Below, piece by piece: positions 7,434-12,056 of a stretch of DNA of 12,056 bases. Source of the stretch: Myxococcales bacterium (GTDB taxonomy: Bacteria > Myxococcota_A > UBA9042); assembly GCA_037441385.1 (NCBI GenBank), contig JBBISH010000158.1:1-12056 (forward strand). Direction: 5' to 3'. The notes beneath the pieces are model-generated. The model did not search any database. It was not told the DNA's origin and saw nothing but the letters and a program-made list of their open reading frames with translations. Within the stretch, counting starts at the first letter, position 1, and every line of letters starts with the position of its first letter. The position numbers were made by a program, and so were the translations under genes.

Positions 7434-8771
7434 ATGAGCGGTGGGGTCGACAAAACCAGCCGCGGCCTTGCCTGGCGCGCCACGCATCTAGCCGCCCTGC
7501 CGTCTCTGCTGCTTGCGGTCGTGGTGGCTGTCGCACCGGCGCCGGCAACCGCGGCCTGCAAGACAGACCAATCGTGCCAAAGTTGTGCAGACCGACTGCG
7601 CGACAGGCACGGCTGCTGCCCCGGCTGCTGGTATGTGTCGGACGCAGAGCGGGACGCCCAGCGCGCGAAACAGCGCGCCACGGAGGAAGCGGAGAGGGCG
7701 CGGGCAGCCGAGGAGCGTGCTCGCGCCGAAAGCGAGCGCGCTGAGCGACAGCGCGCGGTGGCCGAAGAACGTCGCCGTGCCGCCCGCGAGGCCGATCGAC
7801 GCGAGGAGGCGGCGCGCAAAGAGGCCGAGTCCGAGCGACGCGCGCGCGAGGAGGCCGAGTCGCGGAGCAAGGCGGCGACGGAGGCCGCCAAGCGCGAAGA
7901 GTTGGCTCGCCGTCGCGCCGAAGAACGCGCCAAGCAGGTCGAGGCCGAGCGCGAGCAGGAGCGCTTGAAGCTCGCGGCGAAGGCGGAGGAGAGGGCGGCT
8001 GCAGAAGCCACCGCGGCCCGCGAGGCGAGGTTGCTGGCCAAGTGCCAGCGCGACGAGGAAGATGCCGACTGCGTGGCGCTCCAAAAAGACTGTCACGACC
8101 GAGGCTTCCTGCGCGACGATGAGCTGTGCAAAGCACTTGGCTGGGCGGATCCGGACGACATGTGGAGCGGTCTAGTGCCGCGGGGCGTCGGAATTGGCGG
8201 GTTTCATGCCGAGTTGGGAACAGGGTTCCCGCTTCCAACTGCGGAAACCGTGCAACCCAAGCTCGTGGCGACCTTGTTGCAGCTACGGGGTCTCCAGCTT
8301 GCCGAGCCCTTCTTGTTGGGCCACGTTGGCTTGGGCTACTGGGGGAATCTGGCGTTTTCAGTCATCGGGAGCCAACCTTGGATTCTTGGCGCGGGAGCTG
8401 GGTTTGGCGTTGGCCCCAGCCTATTCTTGGGCAGTCACGTGGTCTTGTGCGTCGGGCCGGGTCTGGTGGCGAACGGCACTTCGGAAGGGGATCCCTACTT
8501 CGCGAGCACATTGGGTGTGATGCCGCGGGCACTGGTGCTCTACCGCTCGGTGTCTCGGACCTACCTGTACGTCAGTGTCCAGCCGACGTGGGACTTGGCC
8601 GGGCGCACAAAAGCAGCCAGTTTCGCGGATGAGTGGCGCTTCGATGTCGCTGCCGGCACCCGCGACTTCGAACTCGGTCTGTGGTTTGATGACATCCCTC
8701 ACGCCTACGCAACGTTTGGGCTCAGCTTTGGTTTCGGCGACCACGAGGCTTTTGTGGGTAGGAATCGCTGA
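7434..8771 (+). CDS. Secreted/outer-membrane hypothetical protein: signal peptide, Cys-rich N-terminal module, long E/R/A/K charged helix, 4-Cys module, C-terminal beta-barrel-like domain (~445 aa)
   Basis: GGAG at 7423-7426 precedes ATG 7434. Signal peptide-like LAALPSLLLAVVVAVAPAPATA, then CKTDQSCQSC...GCCPGC (6 Cys), about 130 aa of ERARAAEERARAESERAERQR-type helix, KCQRDEEDADCVALQKDC..C, then Gly/aromatic alternating strands (LLGHVGLGYW, ILGAGAGFGVG, TYLYVSVQPTW, WRFDVAAG, FELGLWF, YATFGLSFGF). An alternative in-frame GTG at 7278 overlaps the upstream stop. The ORF-track start at 7041 overlaps the upstream gene and is unlikely. Confidence 0.75.
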   Translation: MSGGVDKTSRGLAWRATHLAALPSLLLAVVVAVAPAPATAACKTDQSCQSCADRLRDRHGCCPGCWYVSDAERDAQRAKQRATEEAERARAAEERARAESERAERQRAVAEERRRAAREADRREEAARKEAESERRAREEAESRSKAATEAAKREELARRRAEERAKQVEAEREQERLKLAAKAEERAAAEATAAREARLLAKCQRDEEDADCVALQKDCHDRGFLRDDELCKALGWADPDDMWSGLVPRGVGIGGFHAELGTGFPLPTAETVQPKLVATLLQLRGLQLAEPFLLGHVGLGYWGNLAFSVIGSQPWILGAGAGFGVGPSLFLGSHVVLCVGPGLVANGTSEGDPYFASTLGVMPRALVLYRSVSRTYLYVSVQPTWDLAGRTKAASFADEWRFDVAAGTRDFELGLWFDDIPHAYATFGLSFGFGDHEAFVGRNR

Positions 8772-8913
8772 TGGCGAGCACGGGAGCCGGTGCCGCCCCA
8801 GAAATCTGGCCTGGCGGGAGTCGTGGATCAAAGTTCCCGCCCCGGCGCTGGCCACCACTACCGCCATGGCGCCGTGCCCATGGCGGGCCAGCCCGCGCTG
8901 CAGAGGGCGAGCC

Positions 8914-9513
8914 ATGAAGCGATGGACATCGATGACGGCGCGGACCCTGCTTCTGGCGTCTTGCAGCCCCTATGGGGCACCGCCCACATCCACGTCCCCC
9001 GTCGTCGCCGCACCGCCGGCACCTCTGTGTGCGCCCTTGGCGGCGGGGGCTAGCCATGCCACGCTGACGTATCACGTTGCTGCGCCCATCGCCGAGCCGA
9101 CTCCAGTGCCTACTGCCCAAGCCATGTCGGATCGCTTGATCGCCGCCGGAGCGTCGGGGGGCGACTTGCAGGTGTCCTTGGCGTGGAATGGCGCAAACGA
9201 CCTTGACCTGCATGTGGCGATGCCGTGCGGCAAAGAGTTGTCGTTTCGCGATGAGCACGACTGCGGCGGGCGGCTCGACGTCGACGCCAACTCGCGGCGC
9301 ATCGTGGACGATCCGGTCGAAAACGCCTTTTGGCCGGCCGGGGGCGCCGAGGCGGGCAACTACGTGGTGTCTGTGGAGCACTACAACCGGAACGATGGGC
9401 CCCTCGCCGTCAGCTACGCCGTCCGGGTCGTGATGGGCGGACGCTCGCAGACCTACACGGGGACGGTGCTTGCCAAGGAGCAGGTCGAGGTGGTTCGATT
9501 CGACTGGCGGTAG
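8914..9513 (+). CDS. Probable lipoprotein with a C-terminal DUF2135/YfaP-like beta-sandwich domain (~199 aa)
   Basis: GAGGG precedes ATG 8914. MKRWTSMTARTLLLASC gives a lipobox-like LASC with Cys17, although the h-region is short. A Pro/Ala/Thr tether follows, then LQVSLAWNGANDLDLHVAMPCG...GGRLDVDAN...PVENAFW...GNYVVSVEHY, the pattern typical of DUF2135/YfaP domains. The start codon is less certain than the domain. Confidence 0.8.
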   Translation: MKRWTSMTARTLLLASCSPYGAPPTSTSPVVAAPPAPLCAPLAAGASHATLTYHVAAPIAEPTPVPTAQAMSDRLIAAGASGGDLQVSLAWNGANDLDLHVAMPCGKELSFRDEHDCGGRLDVDANSRRIVDDPVENAFWPAGGAEAGNYVVSVEHYNRNDGPLAVSYAVRVVMGGRSQTYTGTVLAKEQVEVVRFDWR

Positions 9514-9553
9514 CCCTTCACCCTACTTGGCTCAGCCGCGCACGAGGCCGCCT

Positions 9554-11509
9554 ATGGATTTTGCCATCAACACGCAACTGGACGACCTTGCGGCGCGGGC
9601 GCTCAACTGCGCGCGCTCGGCCGGTGTGGCGGTCACCGACGACTTGGCCCAAGCGTTGGCGGCGCCGATTCCGTCGGCCGGCGCAACCGTGGCGGTGGTG
9701 GGCGAAATCAAGAAGGGCAAGTCGTCGATCGTCAATACGCTGCTGCGTCATCCGCACGCGTCGCCGGTCAGCTCGGATGTCGCAACGTCCGTGGCCTTGC
9801 GCTTCCGGCATGGCCCGGCGGCGACGGTAGTGTCGTTCTACCAGGACGAGGCTGGCGTTGCCGCGCCGCCCCTCACCATCCTACCTAGTCAGGTCGCCGA
9901 TTTTGCCACAGAGGCCGGAAACCCGGGCAATGTCAAATGGGTCGACCTGCTCGACGCCACGCTCCCGGCGCCGCTGCTGGCGCGCGGCCTGATCCTGCTC
10001 GACACGCCGGGCTTGGGCGGCTTGCACCGCAATCACGCTGCCGTGACGTGGCGCCACCTGCACAGCGTGGACGCCGTGCTATTCGTGACGGACTCGGTTG
10101 AGGCCGTGTTTTCGCGGCACGAGCTGGAATTCTTGCGACGAATCGCCGCGCTTGGCAAGTTCGTTGCCTTTGTGCAGGCCAAGTGCGACCTGGCGAGCCG
10201 CCAGCAGATCGAAGGCTTCCGCGACCGCAACCTTGCCATCCTTGCCGAGGCGCTGGGCCGCGATCCCCAGCAAGTTCCGTATTTCTTGACGAGCACGCAC
10301 CTTGCCCAGCGAGCGCTGGAGCGACCACAGCTCCGGCAGAAGTACTGGTCGAGCAGCGGTTTTGCCGACCTGGAGCAGTTTCTGGTGGGCCAGTTGCTGC
10401 CGGCCCGCGGCCGCGCCGCGCAGTGGAATCGGGTGCGCCAGGCGACTCTGCTGGCTCGGTCGGCGGCAGCCGTGGCCCGCGAACGCCATGGCCAAAACGA
10501 CCAACAGACGGTTGCGGCGCTGCAGCAAGCCCACGAAGCCGTGCGCTCGCGCGTCGAGCAGGTCAGCGAGCGGATTGAACGTGGTTTTGCCAAAGTGCAC
10601 GAGGCGTGGCTGTCGGGTATGGCCACCCTGCAGGAGCAAGCCCTGACCAAGCTGCAGGCCGATTTGGCGCCCGGCGCGGTGGGGCCGGTCTGGAAGACGG
10701 TGTCTGCCGAACTGGAGCTGTTGCTGGCCGAGCCGCGCACGGCCGTGGAGCGCGCCGAGCAACTGCTTGATCGGGCGCGCGAACTGGCGACAGAGCGCGT
10801 CGTGGCGGCGGCAACCTCGGCGCGCAGCGAGGCGTTGCGTCAACTGGCCAAGGCGGCGAGCGAACTGGGCGACACCGCGCAAGCTCCCGCGAAGGTCGAC
10901 ACCCACGAGGTGCGCGCCCTGCCCAAGGACCGCGTCTTCGACGTTCGCCAACTGACCGACCCGGAGGTGAGCCGGCTCGACCACGTCCTCACCAGCCTGG
11001 GCCTGGCCGGCACGATTGCTACCATGGTCGGCGCCGCCTTGCCGGGCGTAGGCTGGGTCGCCGGTGGCGCGGTCCTGGTGTGGATGACGCACCGGCGGAG
11101 CCACGCGGCGCAGCAGCGGCAGGCTACCGTCTTGCGAGCGCAGCTCATCGACTTGCTGCAGCGCGAGTTGCGCTCTGCCGCCATCGCTGGTCAGCAGGCC
11201 GTCGCTAGCCTGTTGGGCCAGCTTGGCCGGGAAGGCGCGCGGCTCCTGCGGGGCATCGTGGAGCAGCAGCGATTGCAGGCCGAGGCTGACCGTGCGTGGC
11301 TGCAGCGCGAGCGCGAGCGGGTCGTGCAGGGGCAGGAACAGAGCCAGCGCGACCTGGTGGCGACGTTGGCGACGGCCGCAGCCATCGAAGCCACGGCCAA
11401 GGCGCTGGCCGAGCAGATGCAGCGCCGGCAAGTCAGCTCGCCAGAGGGGTTGGGGGCGTCCAACGACGCGGCCGAGCCGACGCAGGCTGGTACCGTTTCA
11501 GAGCCGTGA
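9554..11509 (+). CDS. Bacterial dynamin-like GTPase, IniA-like, with a hydrophobic membrane-inserting segment (~651 aa)
   Basis: GAGG precedes ATG 9554; the ORF-track start at 9470 overlaps the upstream gene. G1 GEIKKGKSS (from 9701), G2 DVATSV, G3 DTPG in LLARGLILLDTPGLGGL (10001-10012), DAVLFVTD, G4 AKCD (10178-10189), SGFADL. Long helical neck/trunk and a hydrophobic stretch VLTSLGLAGTIATMVGAALPGVGWVAGGAVLVWM (~10985-11086) followed by HRR. Confidence 0.92.
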   Translation: MDFAINTQLDDLAARALNCARSAGVAVTDDLAQALAAPIPSAGATVAVVGEIKKGKSSIVNTLLRHPHASPVSSDVATSVALRFRHGPAATVVSFYQDEAGVAAPPLTILPSQVADFATEAGNPGNVKWVDLLDATLPAPLLARGLILLDTPGLGGLHRNHAAVTWRHLHSVDAVLFVTDSVEAVFSRHELEFLRRIAALGKFVAFVQAKCDLASRQQIEGFRDRNLAILAEALGRDPQQVPYFLTSTHLAQRALERPQLRQKYWSSSGFADLEQFLVGQLLPARGRAAQWNRVRQATLLARSAAAVARERHGQNDQQTVAALQQAHEAVRSRVEQVSERIERGFAKVHEAWLSGMATLQEQALTKLQADLAPGAVGPVWKTVSAELELLLAEPRTAVERAEQLLDRARELATERVVAAATSARSEALRQLAKAASELGDTAQAPAKVDTHEVRALPKDRVFDVRQLTDPEVSRLDHVLTSLGLAGTIATMVGAALPGVGWVAGGAVLVWMTHRRSHAAQQRQATVLRAQLIDLLQRELRSAAIAGQQAVASLLGQLGREGARLLRGIVEQQRLQAEADRAWLQRERERVVQGQEQSQRDLVATLATAAAIEATAKALAEQMQRRQVSSPEGLGASNDAAEPTQAGTVSEP

Positions 11510-11639
11510 TGGCCCGATTGGCGCGGGCGATATCCGTTCTCTGCGTGCTCGGGCGAGTGCGGAATCCGTTCTCGATCAGCCAGAGAGGTTGTAGGTCGGG
11601 GCCCCGGGATCAGCGGATCGCCGTCCGGGACGTTGGCTG

Positions 11640-11664
11640 ACCGACGCACTGTACCGACGCACTG
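11640..11664. repeat. Direct repeat ACCGACGCACTG x2 separated by 1 nt
   Basis: Exact 12-mers at 11640-11651 and 11653-11664. Confidence 0.7.
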
Positions 11665-11866
11665 GGCTTCACGGATCCGGCAACCGCCACCGGCCCAAAC
11701 ACCGCCGCCAAGTCGAGCACCGCCGCGTCGAAGGGCGGCAGCACCGGGGCTGTGTCAGGGCGAGGGGGTCTGCTGGGGCACCGATCAGAAACCCAGTCCT
11801 GGGGGGCAAACGTCGCGGCGGGTCGCGGCTGTGCCTGGTTCGTTGGGCCCGCTTGCGACCCACTGA

Positions 11867-12056
11867 GAGGGTGTGTACATATTATTCAGCCCCGAGCCGT
11901 GCCGTGATGAGGCGAATCATGGCGAGCGTCATCCAGGCCTTGCTGCTTGCGATCGTCTCTTCGTAGTCCTTTGACAGCCGACGGTTGCGCGACATCCACG
12001 CTAGCGTGCGTTCGACGATCCAGCGCCAGCGCACGACGACGAAGCCGGTCGGCTGC
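11867..12056 (-). mobile_element. One end of an IS5-family insertion sequence (IS1031-group-like), truncated by the window edge
   Basis: The transposase C-terminus is followed closely by a terminal-IR-like end reading GAGGGTGTGTACATAT on the + strand from 11867, flanked by TGA (11864-11866). This fits the GAG end and TNA target known for the IS1031 group. The other end is outside the window, so neither IR nor target duplication can be confirmed. Confidence 0.85.
11882..12055 (-). CDS. tnp: IS5-family transposase, C-terminal 57 aa (partial)
   Basis: Manual minus-strand translation [57 protein letters not shown], containing the IS5 RWxVERT..W...RRL.KDYE signature. It is absent from the supplied ORF track because the start lies outside the window. 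Confidence 0.93.
   Translation of the reverse strand, partial: QPTGFVVVRWRWIVERTLAWMSRNRRLSKDYEETIASSKAWMTLAMIRLITARLGAE

Noticed and set aside
7640..8040. tolA gene
   Set aside because: The similarity is only low-complexity E/R/A/K composition; there is no TolA C-terminal domain or tolQR/tolB context, and the protein appears to have a cleavable signal peptide.
11633..11866. 77-aa + strand ORF ending at the IS target site
   Set aside because: TTG start without a clear RBS, Pro/Arg-rich with no motif; probably spurious.

Overview
GC-rich bacterial DNA, probably from a diderm: it encodes a predicted lipoprotein and an outer-membrane-like protein, and the ectodomains look myxobacterial (taxonomy is inference only). 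Nearly the whole window is one co-directional (+) gene cluster: (1) the 3' part of a His/Pro/Gly/Asp-rich low-complexity protein with a 12-bp tandem repeat; (2) an IniC-like dynamin-family GTPase; (3,4) two tandem paralogous membrane-anchored proteins, each an Hsp70/DnaK-type ATPase domain without a substrate-binding domain, plus one TM helix and a different C-terminal C-type-lectin-fold ectodomain (Lcl/DUF1566 in copy 1, FGE-sulfatase-like in copy 2, which has a 1-nt frameshift near 5297); (5) a secreted Cys-rich/coiled-coil/beta-barrel-like protein; (6) a probable lipoprotein with a DUF2135/YfaP-like domain; (7) an IniA-like dynamin with a hydrophobic membrane segment. The window ends in an IS5-family (IS1031-group-like) element on the minus strand. 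The most interesting reading is an iniBAC-like dynamin pair flanking a variable cassette of Hsp70-ATPase 'receptors' with exchangeable ectodomains, a candidate envelope-sensing membrane-remodelling or defence system. All family assignments come from motif recognition by eye; no searches were run.
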